A DNA stretch of 62,864 bases from a virus (taxonomy: Duplodnaviria; Heunggongvirae; Uroviricota; Caudoviricetes), in the IMG/VR virus record IMGVR_UViG_2645728048_000034, positions 1 through 62,864 of that record. One strand, written 5' to 3'. This document shows, piece after piece, positions 41,077-51,185 of the stretch. Below the pieces are notes generated by a model. It saw only the letters and a program-made list of their open reading frames with translations. It had not been told where the DNA came from and ran no database searches. Both the position numbers and the translations under genes were made by a program. Every line of letters begins with the position of its first letter. Positions within the stretch are counted from its first letter, which is position 1.

Positions 41077-42252
41077 TCACCCTCCTATAGCAACATAACA
41101 GCCCGATACAGGATTTGCGGCAGTCACTACGCTGGAAAAACCACGAAAGCCGCTTTTTGTGATTGCGGAAGCAGATAGTATTCCGGCACCCGAAGGTGTA
41201 TGCCCCACGTGGCTGGCAACCATCACGTAGCACGCCGACGGAAAAGCGAAAGGGAAATTGTTTAAATATCCCGCATCATCCCCCAGACTTCCCCCAAACT
41301 GCCCCACTCCCCACTGGATAATAAGTGGTCTCCGAACGCCAGAAATAATTAATGGAATTGCTACATACCCATTCACCAACATAGCGCCGGTTGTTGCGCC
41401 AGCCAGAGCCAATTCCCCCAAACCAAGGTATGCGAGAAGACCGGCAACATCCTTTCCACTCAAATGAGTCAGCGTCTCATCCAGTGGCTGCTTACCTGAC
41501 AGCGCATTGTTAATGGTGGTGCTGAATTTCGGGTCATTGTTAATGGCCGCGGCAATTTCTTTCAGTGTGTCCAGTGTGGCTGGCGCACCGTTAATCAGAG
41601 CGGTAATAGCGGCCTGAACAAACGCAGTGGTCGCAATCCGCGTGGTGTTATTTCCTGCGGCAGGCGTCGGCGCTTTTGGTTCTCCGGTAAATGTCGGATT
41701 ATGTTTCTGCGCATACTGGGTATGAGGATCCTGTGCGGCAATGTGGTTCCTCATCTGGTCATCCACATACAGCTTTAATTCCAGGACTTCATCATCCACG
41801 TATTTACGGGTCGCCAGTACCACCGACGGGTCGATTTTCAGCGTGATGGCTTCGGTATTCGTGACAACCAGAATCATGCGGATAGTCTGGGTACGACCAC
41901 TGCCTTCCTGCAACTGCGGTTTGTACGTTTCCGGGCAGTTCGCCACCGCAATGAGTACGCCTTCATCATCATAAAGCCCAATCTCACGGATCCAGAATCC
42001 GCCCTCGTTCTCAGGGATGATTTGCTCCGCAATAATCTGGCTCTGGTTGTTCGGGTCAACACTCAGAAGATTCAGCGGCGCGATGCGTTTCTGGTTAATC
42101 AGTTTTGTCTGTGCCGGGTCTGGGGTCGGCAAGACACCATTCGCATCACCAACGGCCATTTGCGTCAGATTCAGCTTACTGCCGAGCATCGTCGCGTTAG
42201 CCAGCCGTGCTGCGCCCTGATTAGTCAGAATGGCGTAGTATTTCACTGTCAT
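41077..42252 (-). CDS. H: P2 H-like tail fibre protein
   Basis: Conserved N-terminus MTVKYYAILTNQGAARLANA...MAVGDANG; shorter than P2 H. Confidence 0.7.
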   Translation of the reverse strand: MTVKYYAILTNQGAARLANATMLGSKLNLTQMAVGDANGVLPTPDPAQTKLINQKRIAPLNLLSVDPNNQSQIIAEQIIPENEGGFWIREIGLYDDEGVLIAVANCPETYKPQLQEGSGRTQTIRMILVVTNTEAITLKIDPSVVLATRKYVDDEVLELKLYVDDQMRNHIAAQDPHTQYAQKHNPTFTGEPKAPTPAAGNNTTRIATTAFVQAAITALINGAPATLDTLKEIAAAINNDPKFSTTINNALSGKQPLDETLTHLSGKDVAGLLAYLGLGELALAGATTGAMLVNGYVAIPLIISGVRRPLIIQWGVGQFGGSLGDDAGYLNNFPFAFPSACYVMVASHVGHTPSGAGILSASAITKSGFRGFSSVVTAANPVSGCYVAIGG

Positions 42253-42860
42253 GCGTTTACTCTCAGGTTATCAATTAAATGAATGGCCGAGGCCGGGAAA
42301 TAATCCCCTCCGACAATAATGGCCTCCGGGGTGTAGGGATAAACCGTCATGGCGTCGCCGTGATAGCATCCCGCACCGGCAAAAATGTTGCCGGTTGTAC
42401 TTAAGCTGATAGCCAGTCCCGTCAGATGGCGGCTTGCCGGTTTTGCATCAGCAACGAGGCGCTCCAGCTCCTGATACATTTCCTCGGTAATACCCTGCTC
42501 AAGCACGCCAACAACGATGCGGAACGTCCCCGGCTCCTCGTTGAGCTGCCACCACTCCCTCACCTCAATCAGATAGCCGAGCGGCTCCACCACACGCCGG
42601 ATTGCGCCTATAGTGCCCTTATGGCAGTGAATGAAATACGCATCGCGGATAACAGCGCGTTTTGTCGCTTCCGGCCACTTATCATCCCAGCGGTCAACCG
42701 AAAATGACCACGCCAGCCACGGCAGCAGATTTGCCGGGCAGGTGTCCGGGTTCCACAGCTCACGAATACTGACCGGCGTTTTTTCAATTTCCGCACAGGC
42801 TTTTGCGGCAGCGACTTCAAGCGGTGATGAGCCGGTCGGCAGCAGTCGCGAATCACTCAT
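42249..42860 (-). CDS. I: P2 I-like baseplate protein
   Basis: N-terminus MSDSRLLPTGSSPLEVAAAKA; P2 gene order. Confidence 0.75.
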   Translation of the reverse strand: MSDSRLLPTGSSPLEVAAAKACAEIEKTPVSIRELWNPDTCPANLLPWLAWSFSVDRWDDKWPEATKRAVIRDAYFIHCHKGTIGAIRRVVEPLGYLIEVREWWQLNEEPGTFRIVVGVLEQGITEEMYQELERLVADAKPASRHLTGLAISLSTTGNIFAGAGCYHGDAMTVYPYTPEAIIVGGDYFPASAIHLIDNLRVNA

Positions 42861-43761
42861 CCGAGCCTCCGGTCACGACGCTGTATTCGGTACAGAAAGA
42901 CGCCTGAGTATTGTTGAGCACGATGTCGGCCAGCGGTGCAGCCAGTTCGACACGCTGCACGCCTTCCACATGCAAAGCGGCATAAATGGCAGACAGTCGG
43001 ATGTCGCGCCCCAGCCGGTGCTGTGCCGTGATATACGCTTCCAGTTTTTTCACGGCGGCAGCGCGAATGGGTTCGCTTTCGGGGCCAGGATAAAGGTAAA
43101 GCGTGGCATTTATCTGGTATTCAACGATGACGGCAGACTGCACGGTCACACGGTCGGCCACCGGTCTGACGTCCTCACCATTAAGGGCGTTGCGCACCAC
43201 CGCCAGCAGGTCTTCGGATGCCACACCGTTATTTTCACGTGACAGCACAGAGATGGTGACGCAGGCCGGAGACGGACTGGTGACAGAAATATCCGCGACA
43301 CGCCCGTCGGCACTGCGACCATGATACTGATAGGCTCCCACCGACCCGGCGACGCTTAAGCCCTCAAACGCCTGCTGAATACGCAGACGATAATCGGTGT
43401 CAGACTCCATCACTGCCGGTGTCGGCGGGATGGTCGAATCATCTGCCGGGGTGATAATCAGGCGCGTGGTGTTGTAATTGGCACCAATCACATCAAGGTC
43501 ATTACCGGCGGCACAGGCCAGCATTACCGCCCGTGCGGCCTCATTCACACGCTGACGCCAGATAAGCTCACGATAAGCATTTTCCTCCAGCAGTTTGACG
43601 AGAGGCTCGGATTCCAGCGTCAGGGTACGGGCAACCGCCTCCTGCTGGTCTTCCGGGTAAAGGGAAATCAGTGTCGCCTTGCGTTCGGCAAGAATGGTTT
43701 CAAAGTCCAGCTCCTCGACCACATCCGGTGCGGGTAGCTGGTTCAGGTCGATAATCGGCAT
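42853..43761 (-). CDS. J: P2 J-like baseplate protein
   Basis: 302 aa, same as P2 J. Confidence 0.8.
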   Translation of the reverse strand: MPIIDLNQLPAPDVVEELDFETILAERKATLISLYPEDQQEAVARTLTLESEPLVKLLEENAYRELIWRQRVNEAARAVMLACAAGNDLDVIGANYNTTRLIITPADDSTIPPTPAVMESDTDYRLRIQQAFEGLSVAGSVGAYQYHGRSADGRVADISVTSPSPACVTISVLSRENNGVASEDLLAVVRNALNGEDVRPVADRVTVQSAVIVEYQINATLYLYPGPESEPIRAAAVKKLEAYITAQHRLGRDIRLSAIYAALHVEGVQRVELAAPLADIVLNNTQASFCTEYSVVTGGSDE

Positions 43762-43765
43762 GGTT

Positions 43766-44113
43766 TCAACTCACAGGGATGGTTAACGAAAGTGGCTGGC
43801 CGGTGTCGTTGTGCTGGCCGGTTAACGTGACCGTCATTCGCCCGTCAAAACTGCGCTCAGTGGTGACGGATGACAGGGTGACGCGGGGTTCCCATTTCAG
43901 CACCGCCATGTAACAGGCGACCTTAATCTGCAACTCAAGCGCCGGGGTCTGCGGCTGGTCAATCATTGACGCCAGCAATGAGCCGTAATCACGACGCATC
44001 ACCCGTGAGCCGACCGGCGTGCGCAGGATATCGCCGATACTCTGGCTGATATGCTCAAGGTCAGTGACAGTCAGGCCATCACTGCGATTCATTCCAAGAT
44101 AACGCACTGTCAT
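43766..44113 (-). CDS. W: P2 W-like baseplate protein (gp25-like)
   Basis: 115 aa, same as P2 W. Confidence 0.8.
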   Translation of the reverse strand: MTVRYLGMNRSDGLTVTDLEHISQSIGDILRTPVGSRVMRRDYGSLLASMIDQPQTPALELQIKVACYMAVLKWEPRVTLSSVTTERSFDGRMTVTLTGQHNDTGQPLSLTIPVS

Positions 44114-44745
44114 AGAGGACTCCCGGTTGTGCCGCCGCTGTCGCCGGGGTGTTTATGGGTATGCAGTACCTTACCGTTTGATGAGAGTTCACCGCCGGTA
44201 TGTTTAATGTTGCCGCGCATCGTCCCGCCCTTCTGCACTTCCAGCGTGCCGGTAATCAGTCTGTTGGTGCAGACCACCTCCGGGGTGTCCAGGGTGATGC
44301 GGGTTGACGCTTTCACCATGACCACCGGCACCGTGGCAGTAACAGAATCAGAAGCCGTCACGCTGGCCGTTTTAATTCCGCTTACCGTGAGTGCACTGGT
44401 TTCGGGTTCATACTCAATCACCGCCCCGTCAGGGAAACGGATATGCAGGGCATCCGCCGACGTAGACGGCGCGGGGTTATCGCCGGAATAAATCCCCGGC
44501 AGAACGAACGCCGTGTCGAGTTCACCGCCCACGGCCAGAATCAGCACCTGTTCCCCCACGGAAGGTGCCCACCATGTGCGCGAACGTCCGGCGCGATGGG
44601 TCAGCCACTGAAGCCAGTCGGTGCACATGCCGCCGGTCTGCACACGGCAGCGACCGGCGTTAAGGTCGGTTTCGACGATAATGCCGGTGCGGATCATGTT
44701 GCGCAGTGCGCGCGCGAGTTCCTGAATATTTGCGAGAGTGTTCAT
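44110..44745 (-). CDS. V: P2 V-like baseplate spike
   Basis: 211 aa, same as P2 V. Confidence 0.8.
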   Translation of the reverse strand: MNTLANIQELARALRNMIRTGIIVETDLNAGRCRVQTGGMCTDWLQWLTHRAGRSRTWWAPSVGEQVLILAVGGELDTAFVLPGIYSGDNPAPSTSADALHIRFPDGAVIEYEPETSALTVSGIKTASVTASDSVTATVPVVMVKASTRITLDTPEVVCTNRLITGTLEVQKGGTMRGNIKHTGGELSSNGKVLHTHKHPGDSGGTTGSPL

Positions 44746-44811
44746 AACGGGAAGGATGCCGCCGGGTCATACCGGCGGCAATGTGCCGATGAGGTGTCGG
44801 GAATGGCACAA

Positions 44812-45264
44812 CTAACGGTCGAGGTGAGCCAGGATAATCTCTTCAATCATCTGCACATCCTCACCGGTAAAGCCGAGCAGAGGACGCGCCGGATAATCAA
44901 TTTTCTTACCGTCTTTCCGGTTTTCTTCCGACAGACCGAACTGATGCACACTGGCGATTTTCGGCGACTTCCCGCCGTAAAACTCCATTGATGCCTGCTC
45001 CGGGCTGGCGCGGATATGCAAAAAACGACTGGTGATAAGTTTCGCAAACATTTTTCGCTTAACGCGACCGGTCTTTTTTCTGGCGCTCTGCTGCTGGCGT
45101 GGTGCGTAGGGTGTGCCGTCCGGGGCTTTCTGTGCCATCACCCGGCGCTGCTGACTCTGACGCAGACGTTTCGCCAGTTCGGCGCTCAGTCGCCGACGCC
45201 CTGACGGTGACAGCGACTCAATCAGTCCGGTCAGCCGGTCTTCAAAACGCTTAAACTCATTCAT
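44812..45264 (-). CDS. S: P2 S-like tail completion protein
   Basis: 150 aa, same as P2 S. Confidence 0.75.
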   Translation of the reverse strand: MNEFKRFEDRLTGLIESLSPSGRRRLSAELAKRLRQSQQRRVMAQKAPDGTPYAPRQQQSARKKTGRVKRKMFAKLITSRFLHIRASPEQASMEFYGGKSPKIASVHQFGLSEENRKDGKKIDYPARPLLGFTGEDVQMIEEIILAHLDR

Positions 45265-45724
45265 CCCACTTGCTCACCAGTTCACCATTGATATAAAGCT
45301 CCATCGGGCGGGTGACCGGCTCCGGCGGCGGGGGTTCCGGGATATTCTTCACATGCAGCGCGCCATCCACCTCACTGACCAGCGTGCGCTCGGTCAGCAT
45401 CAGGCTGATGCTGATATCAAAGCTGCTGTCATTGTTGATGTCCGCATAAAACGTGAAGCCCTTTTTCTGGCCTTCGTCGGTGGTCATGATGTCGGGCTGA
45501 TTTTCCCGCAGCCACGCCAGCACCGGCACGATGAGCAGGTCAAAATCACCGGTAAAGTCGGTCACAATCACATTGAGCGTGTAACGCTTTTCGAATGACA
45601 GCGACGTCGCCAGCGTGGAGGCAATACTCCCGTTATCCACGAATATCCGCAACATATCGGGGTTAGTTTTCAGCACCGTGACGGCATCAGTCAGCGCCCT
45701 GCGCAGGCTGTCGGGTTTGAGCAT
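45257..45724 (-). CDS. R: P2 R-like tail completion protein
   Basis: 155 aa, same as P2 R. Confidence 0.75.
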   Translation of the reverse strand: MLKPDSLRRALTDAVTVLKTNPDMLRIFVDNGSIASTLATSLSFEKRYTLNVIVTDFTGDFDLLIVPVLAWLRENQPDIMTTDEGQKKGFTFYADINNDSSFDISISLMLTERTLVSEVDGALHVKNIPEPPPPEPVTRPMELYINGELVSKWDE

Positions 45725-45977
45725 CGTTTTCGTCCTGACAGTGTTTAATCATTTTTACCTGGCTGGCACAGCGTGCCAGCGCGTTCTCAAGCTGCCGGAT
45801 ATCGGCACTTAAATCGCCGTTCGTCTGCGGGTCACTGCCCGGCATCGGGCAAAGGCTCACTTTCGGGCAGGCGTTGGCGACAATCACTGGCGTCAGTGCA
45901 GGCGGGGCGCTGGTGCAACCGGCGCACAGCATCAGGCAGGCCAGCGCCGTACCAGCGGCGAAAATCTTCGTTTTCAT
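45687..45977 (-). CDS. lysC: P2 LysC-like o-spanin lipoprotein
   Basis: 96 aa from internal Met; lipobox LCAGCTS; overlaps lysB in +1 frame. Confidence 0.55.
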   Translation of the reverse strand: MKTKIFAAGTALACLMLCAGCTSAPPALTPVIVANACPKVSLCPMPGSDPQTNGDLSADIRQLENALARCASQVKMIKHCQDENDAQTRQPAQGAD

Positions 45978-46257
45978 TAAGTAACCTCGTGATGGTTTTC
46001 TCGCGCTGTGCTTCACGCTTCGCGGCGTTCTCCAGTTCCTGACGCAGTGCCACCTGCGCCAGCTCGTTTTTGTCTGCCCTGGTGATGGCAACATGAAGCT
46101 GATTTTGCAGCATGGTGATGGTCGTCTGCTGCCCGCTGGCGACGTTGTTCGCCCTGTCCAGCGAGGCGCGCAGGCTGGCGTTTTCATGCTTCACCAGAAA
46201 CAGCCCCGCCACCGCCAGCGATAACAGCACAACCATCACAATCATCAGCTTTGACAT
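45832..46257 (-). CDS. lysB: P2 LysB-like i-spanin
   Basis: 141 aa with N-terminal TM helix. Confidence 0.65.
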   Translation of the reverse strand: MSKLMIVMVVLLSLAVAGLFLVKHENASLRASLDRANNVASGQQTTITMLQNQLHVAITRADKNELAQVALRQELENAAKREAQREKTITRLLNENEDFRRWYGAGLPDAVRRLHQRPACTDASDCRQRLPESEPLPDAGQ

Positions 46258-46670
46258 GGTTCCCGCCCCTCAAAACGCTGACGGCAGGCCGTACGTATCA
46301 GCCGGAAGAACACCGACGCCACGAGATAAATCAGCGCGGTAAAAATCCACCCGGCAGCGACCAGCGAGATAAACGTCGCCACCATCACCACCAGAGCCAC
46401 CGCCCGTCTGCGCCACGGCACCGGCTGCAAAAACAGCGACGTGACAATCTTCACGGCCAGCGATTCCGGCGGAAGCTCCCGCCCGTAGCGTTCCAGCACA
46501 TACTCAGTGGCATACACGCCGACACCACCGGCAACCACACAGATAACCGTCGCCAGAATCGCCCAGGCGGCGACAAAACTGACGGCCACGCTCTGCGGGT
46601 AAATCAGGGACAGTGCCAGCATCAGCGCCAGCGACACGTTCAGCATCAGTGAAAGGGATAATTTCTTCAT
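46245..46670 (-). CDS. lysA: P2 LysA-like membrane protein
   Basis: 141 aa, multi-TM. Confidence 0.6.
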   Translation of the reverse strand: MKKLSLSLMLNVSLALMLALSLIYPQSVAVSFVAAWAILATVICVVAGGVGVYATEYVLERYGRELPPESLAVKIVTSLFLQPVPWRRRAVALVVMVATFISLVAAGWIFTALIYLVASVFFRLIRTACRQRFEGREPCQS

Positions 46671-46684
46671 GGTGTTTACTCCGT

Positions 46685-47182
46685 TTAAGCCGGTACGCCG
46701 CCAGCGGTACGCCAGACGGTGACCAGTTTTTCCAGTGAATGCTCACGCTGACCGTAACCGGCACCCGGCAGGGACGCCCAGATATTGCGACAGCGTGAAA
46801 TGGCTCGCTCAATGCGTCCCGCCCGGATGTCATCCAGTGCACCGCGTTCGCGGATCAACTGAATGGCAAGTCTGTCCTGTGACAACGGACTGAAATCCGG
46901 CAGGGCAAGCTGTTTGCGGTAATGCGGCCAGAACAGGTAAAGCTGCTGATAGCGACCGGAGGCCGTGGATTTTTCACCGCGACGGTTAAACACCTTCGCC
47001 GGTCGGCCATGTGCGAACGGGTGGTCACTGTAGTCGGTGAAAATTTCCGGCTTCCCGTCCAGTCCGGTGACTATCACGTCATAGCCCCGGTTTTTCGTCA
47101 GCGGATGATTTGCCGTCCCTTCGGACACGGCCAGCATGTCGAGAAAGGCGGCGATATTCTGATGCGTGTTAATTACCGGCAT
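46685..47182 (-). CDS. K: P2 K-like endolysin (lambda R-type lysozyme)
   Basis: 165 aa; GYDVIV...TDYSDHP...SGRYQ motifs. Confidence 0.85.
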   Translation of the reverse strand: MPVINTHQNIAAFLDMLAVSEGTANHPLTKNRGYDVIVTGLDGKPEIFTDYSDHPFAHGRPAKVFNRRGEKSTASGRYQQLYLFWPHYRKQLALPDFSPLSQDRLAIQLIRERGALDDIRAGRIERAISRCRNIWASLPGAGYGQREHSLEKLVTVWRTAGGVPA

Positions 47183-47463
47183 TACTGTTTCCCCCTGCCC
47201 TTAAAGCGGCGCTGAATGGCAATCTCAATCACCTGATAACCGGCGATACCCAGCATGGAGCCAATGCCGCACACCGCAGGCAGTGACAGGTCAGGAAACT
47301 GCACCAGAACAACACCGGCAACCATCGAGACAAAACCACCGAGCAACATGCGCCCGATAAACAGACGTGGGGTGATGGGTTCACCACCGGCAAGCACCTT
47401 GCCGACAACAATCAGCACCCCAATCATGAAAAGCGACAGGACGCTTTTTTCTTCTGCTGTCAT
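47182..47463 (-). CDS. Y: P2 Y-like holin
   Basis: 93 aa, TM helices. Confidence 0.7.
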   Translation of the reverse strand: MTAEEKSVLSLFMIGVLIVVGKVLAGGEPITPRLFIGRMLLGGFVSMVAGVVLVQFPDLSLPAVCGIGSMLGIAGYQVIEIAIQRRFKGRGKQ

Positions 47464-47466
47464 GCG

Positions 47467-47670
47467 TTACTCCCACAGATTGACAGTTTCAGCCACGGGC
47501 GCGGTCTGAACGTCGGGCAGTTCGACGGCGGTGCCGTGTGGCAGCACCGCACCCAGTTCAGCCAGTCCCGGATTTGCGGCGAGCACGGTCTCAACCACGC
47601 CCTCAGTGCGCCCGTAATACCGGACACAAATGGCGTCGAGCGTGTCGCCCTGTAGCGCAAAGGTCTTCAT
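47467..47670 (-). CDS. X: P2 X-like tail protein
   Basis: 67 aa from internal Met MKTFALQGDTLDAI. Confidence 0.6.
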   Translation of the reverse strand: MKTFALQGDTLDAICVRYYGRTEGVVETVLAANPGLAELGAVLPHGTAVELPDVQTAPVAETVNLWE

Positions 47671-48179
47671 CAGATTTGACTCACGATGCAGCGCGGCTTG
47701 TCCTGGATACGCGCCACCGCCCAGCGCATATCCCGCCACAGCTCATCAATGGTGCTGTCAATGCTGTCGGCCTTCTTGTCGCCTTTCGCACTGGCATCCA
47801 CGCCGCGGTAACGCTCATAAAGCGACGCGGTCGCCATCGCACACACGGCGCGCTCGTAGTAAAAAACTTTGATGCTTTCACCGTCGATGTCGTCCGCCGG
47901 AACGTCCGCCAGACGCGTAAAACCGGCGGCAATTTTCTGTTCGCGGTACTCGTACAGCTCCGCATTCGTCTCCGCCATGCCTGACTTGATGGCCTCACGC
48001 AGACGGGCGGGGGCGACGGTCTGCTCAAGGCGCATACGTTCCCGGACGCGCTTCGGGTCGATATCGGGAAAAAAGAACGTGTTTTTAATCACCGGCTCGT
48101 CGCCTGCCGGTTGCGGGATGACCACCGTACCCTCACCGGACACGGGAGCCTCCTTTCGCGGAATAATCAGCGTCATCAT
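47670..48179 (-). CDS. L: P2 L-like head completion protein
   Basis: 169 aa from internal Met, same as P2 L. Confidence 0.7.
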   Translation of the reverse strand: MMTLIIPRKEAPVSGEGTVVIPQPAGDEPVIKNTFFFPDIDPKRVRERMRLEQTVAPARLREAIKSGMAETNAELYEYREQKIAAGFTRLADVPADDIDGESIKVFYYERAVCAMATASLYERYRGVDASAKGDKKADSIDSTIDELWRDMRWAVARIQDKPRCIVSQI

Positions 48180-48278
48180 GACTACCTCTGAAAAGTCGGG
48201 CGGTGGACGCCGGTACAGCGTCAGGTGATTCACCCTCCCTGACCGGCGTGCCGCCCTGGCGCGGGGCGCATTCGGTTG

Positions 48279-49022
48279 TTAACTGGCTTTCTTTTTCGGG
48301 CGTCCACGTTTTGCCGGTGTCACGCTCCGGGTCTTACGCGGGGTACGGGTGGCCGCTTTGGGCTGCGGCTCCGGCTTCGGTTTCAGCTCCCGCTCCAGTC
48401 GTTCAATCTCTTTTTTGACACCTGCCTGACAGTCGAGCTGTGTCGCACGTTGCAGGTGAGCCAGCGCACCGGCGGCATCACCACCATCACGCAGAAACAG
48501 ACCGGTGATTTTGTGCAGCTTTGCGCGCACTTCATCAGGCATGTCAGCCGTGGCGGTCAGTTCAAGGGTCTCCGTCAGCAGGCGGGTATCCACAGACTCA
48601 CCGGCAGCGTGAGCACGCATGGCCGCGAGCGCCACCTCCTCGGTGAACATGTACGGCGGGGTGCGGCGGTGTTTACCCGGCATGGTCAGACCGTACTTCA
48701 GGGCATAACGGGCAATCTCCAGCGCACCGGCAATATCGCCGGTATCCAGACGCCACAGCATGACCGTCATCAGAATGTCATCCTGTGCACCTTTGCCCTG
48801 CTCCAGCACGCCGTTCACCCACGGCAACCAGAACGGCAGCAGTTCGCGTTTTTTCGCGGCCTTCAGCTCTTTTGAATAAATCGCTTTCAGTGTGCGCTGG
48901 TCTGCGGCGAGCTTAACCAGCATCTGCTCATAGACAGTTGCATGTCGCAGCGGGGCGGCTTCCCGCTGCGCGGTCATCGCTGCCGAGACCCGCATCATGT
49001 GGCGCTGTGCGGGACTCGTCAT
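48279..49022 (-). CDS. M: P2 M-like terminase small (endonuclease) subunit
   Basis: 247 aa, same as P2 M. Confidence 0.8.
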   Translation of the reverse strand: MTSPAQRHMMRVSAAMTAQREAAPLRHATVYEQMLVKLAADQRTLKAIYSKELKAAKKRELLPFWLPWVNGVLEQGKGAQDDILMTVMLWRLDTGDIAGALEIARYALKYGLTMPGKHRRTPPYMFTEEVALAAMRAHAAGESVDTRLLTETLELTATADMPDEVRAKLHKITGLFLRDGGDAAGALAHLQRATQLDCQAGVKKEIERLERELKPKPEPQPKAATRTPRKTRSVTPAKRGRPKKKAS

Positions 49023-49025
49023 CGG

Positions 49026-50099
49026 TTACGCTCCCGGCTCTGCGGTCGCTTTAGCCAGTGTGGAGAAATCACCGACCTTAATTTTTTCCACCAGACAACC
49101 GGCGGCGTAGTCTTCCACCACGTAATCAATGTTCATTGACTCGTAGTTCTCCACGCGGTCGAGTTTCGGGTTTTCCTCAATCACGCGGCGATGGCTGTCA
49201 TCCATGTAGTAGATGGACAGGTTTTCCAGCTTTGTGATGAGCATCGCATCCGCCGGGAAGTACGGGACGCGTACCGCCGGCAGGTTACCGATGCGTTTCT
49301 GGCTGATGATGACGTCAGCGGCCAGCATTTCGCTGTTGTCCTGCTCCTTGTTGACGATGGGAAAATACTTGTCCGCCAGTAGCTGACGTCCCACAATCAC
49401 CACAAGGTCAGGGTCTTCCTGATACCACGGCTCAATCAGGTTGTTGGTCGCATCCATCACCAGTGCGTCAAGGCTGGCATAATCACCGCCCTTACCCACG
49501 CGGATAACCTCAGAGGTGGTGTGCCCTTCCTCGTCAGTGACCTTGCTCATCACGCGCGCCGGGGCTTCATTGCGGTATTTCTGCAGCCAGCCGACCGCCA
49601 CATCCTGCAGCATCGGATTGCTGCTGCGGTCAGAGGTTTCGGCACGCCTCACGCCGTTAAAACCGGCCATGATTAAATCAAGGGACTGGCGTTTGATAAT
49701 GGCGTTACGGACACGGAGCTGGAAATCCTGATAACGCGCCCACAGGTCCAGCGTTTTGTAGCGGATATAAAAATCGAAGTTAATCTGGTCGCATTCGTAC
49801 TTGTTTGACGCCAGCTTCGAGAAGTCCTTCGGCTGACGCTCGGTGCCACCGGCGGTGTCGCTGGTGCTGGCGATGGAGCCGGTGACACCAATACCAATTT
49901 TTTCCCCTTTCATTTCGCTGACCGGCACAATGTTGATGCGGGTCAGAAAGTCAGAGGACTCCTGCATGGTGTTCATCAGGGTCTGGGTGACCGACGGTTC
50001 AACGGTAAATTTTTTCGACACATCACCGGCGTCGATGCCGTTCAGTTCGGCAACACGGGACAGGTAGGCATTAAATTTAAAGCGGGTTTCCTGGCGCAT
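49026..50099 (-). CDS. N: P2 N-like major capsid protein
   Basis: 357 aa, same as P2 N. Confidence 0.85.
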   Translation of the reverse strand: MRQETRFKFNAYLSRVAELNGIDAGDVSKKFTVEPSVTQTLMNTMQESSDFLTRINIVPVSEMKGEKIGIGVTGSIASTSDTAGGTERQPKDFSKLASNKYECDQINFDFYIRYKTLDLWARYQDFQLRVRNAIIKRQSLDLIMAGFNGVRRAETSDRSSNPMLQDVAVGWLQKYRNEAPARVMSKVTDEEGHTTSEVIRVGKGGDYASLDALVMDATNNLIEPWYQEDPDLVVIVGRQLLADKYFPIVNKEQDNSEMLAADVIISQKRIGNLPAVRVPYFPADAMLITKLENLSIYYMDDSHRRVIEENPKLDRVENYESMNIDYVVEDYAAGCLVEKIKVGDFSTLAKATAEPGA

Positions 50100-50157
50100 A
50101 GTTTTTCCTGAAATTAAGGGTTAATCGTGAAGGTTTTCCCGGACTGACTGACACCGG

Positions 50158-51012
50158 TCAGCAGTTCGTCATCAGGGCGTCACCGCCACCGCCGGTGGCT
50201 TTACTGCGGCGCTGCTGGGTCAGACTTTCGGTGTGGTCGAGACTGTTTTTCAGGCGGGTGAATGCCTGACTGGTTTCATCCGCCCTGTCAGTCACATCCT
50301 GCTTAAGTGCGGAAAAGGCGGTTTCCATCTCAGCAAGGCGCTGCTCAGTGGCGCTCAGTTTTTCCTGCACATGCTCAGCGACAGCGGTCACCGCTTCATG
50401 CACGTCATTCAGACGGGCGTCATCGCTGGCCTGTTTGCGGCCAAAAATGGATTTCACCTTTTCGGTCAGGGCTGTGAACACGGTTTCAGGCAGGTCTTCA
50501 AATTCCAGCTCAACAGGCGTTGCCACTGAAATCAGGTTTTCAGGGCTTAATTTGAAGCGGTTCAGGGGGTTGTGTTTTGCCGTGCGGCAGAATTCCAGGT
50601 ATTCCGTGCCGAGGCTTGCCGGGTCATCGGTGACGGCCAGACCCACCAGATAACATTTGCCGGTATTGGCAAAGTTCGGCTGAATTTCCATTGAGGTATA
50701 GACCTTCTGCGCGGCCTTGTTCATCGCGATAAGGTCATCGGTCGGGGTGATTTTCGCAAACAGCGCCCATTTGCCTTTCAGCGCCGAATCATCGTCAATC
50801 TTTTCGGCCTTCAGTTCGGCCACATCGCCATAACGCTTAAAAATACCGTCAGGCAGGATGCCGCGCAGATGTTCCAGGTTAATGCGGCAACCATAGACTC
50901 GCGGGTCAAAGGTTTCGGCCATTTCCTGAATATCCTGCGCACTGATGACACGCCCGTCACAGGTGTCACCCTCAACGCCGATACGAAAGAATTTTGAGAC
51001 TTTTTTTGCCAT
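50158..51012 (-). CDS. O: P2 O-like capsid scaffold protein
   Basis: 284 aa from internal Met MAKKVSKFFRIGVEGD. Confidence 0.8.
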   Translation of the reverse strand: MAKKVSKFFRIGVEGDTCDGRVISAQDIQEMAETFDPRVYGCRINLEHLRGILPDGIFKRYGDVAELKAEKIDDDSALKGKWALFAKITPTDDLIAMNKAAQKVYTSMEIQPNFANTGKCYLVGLAVTDDPASLGTEYLEFCRTAKHNPLNRFKLSPENLISVATPVELEFEDLPETVFTALTEKVKSIFGRKQASDDARLNDVHEAVTAVAEHVQEKLSATEQRLAEMETAFSALKQDVTDRADETSQAFTRLKNSLDHTESLTQQRRSKATGGGGDALMTNC

Positions 51013-51185
51013 TGTCAGGAGTCCTGAATAGTGATTAGAGGAGTCACATGTCGGCATCAGTTTCCCGACGATGCGCATCCTCCGCCATCAGTCCCGGATG
51101 GCTTATCACTGACACAACAGCACCTTAGCGAATCGCGGGGTGCGACTCAGTAGCCTTGCCGTGTATTCATCACGGCGAGGTATTC

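Noticed and set aside
39174-42252. Invertible tail-fibre segment (Mu G / P1 C / e14 P type)
   Set aside because: No DNA invertase (Gin/Pin/Cin-like) gene nearby, no obvious flanking inverted repeats, and each fibre gene is complete with its own baseplate genes.
41258-48875. Many + strand ORFs (e.g. 42631-43242, 46251-46652, 47538-47984, 48276-48875) within the P2-like late region
   Set aside because: All antisense to size-matched P2 orthologues; Arg/Pro-rich translations typical of GC-rich antisense frames.
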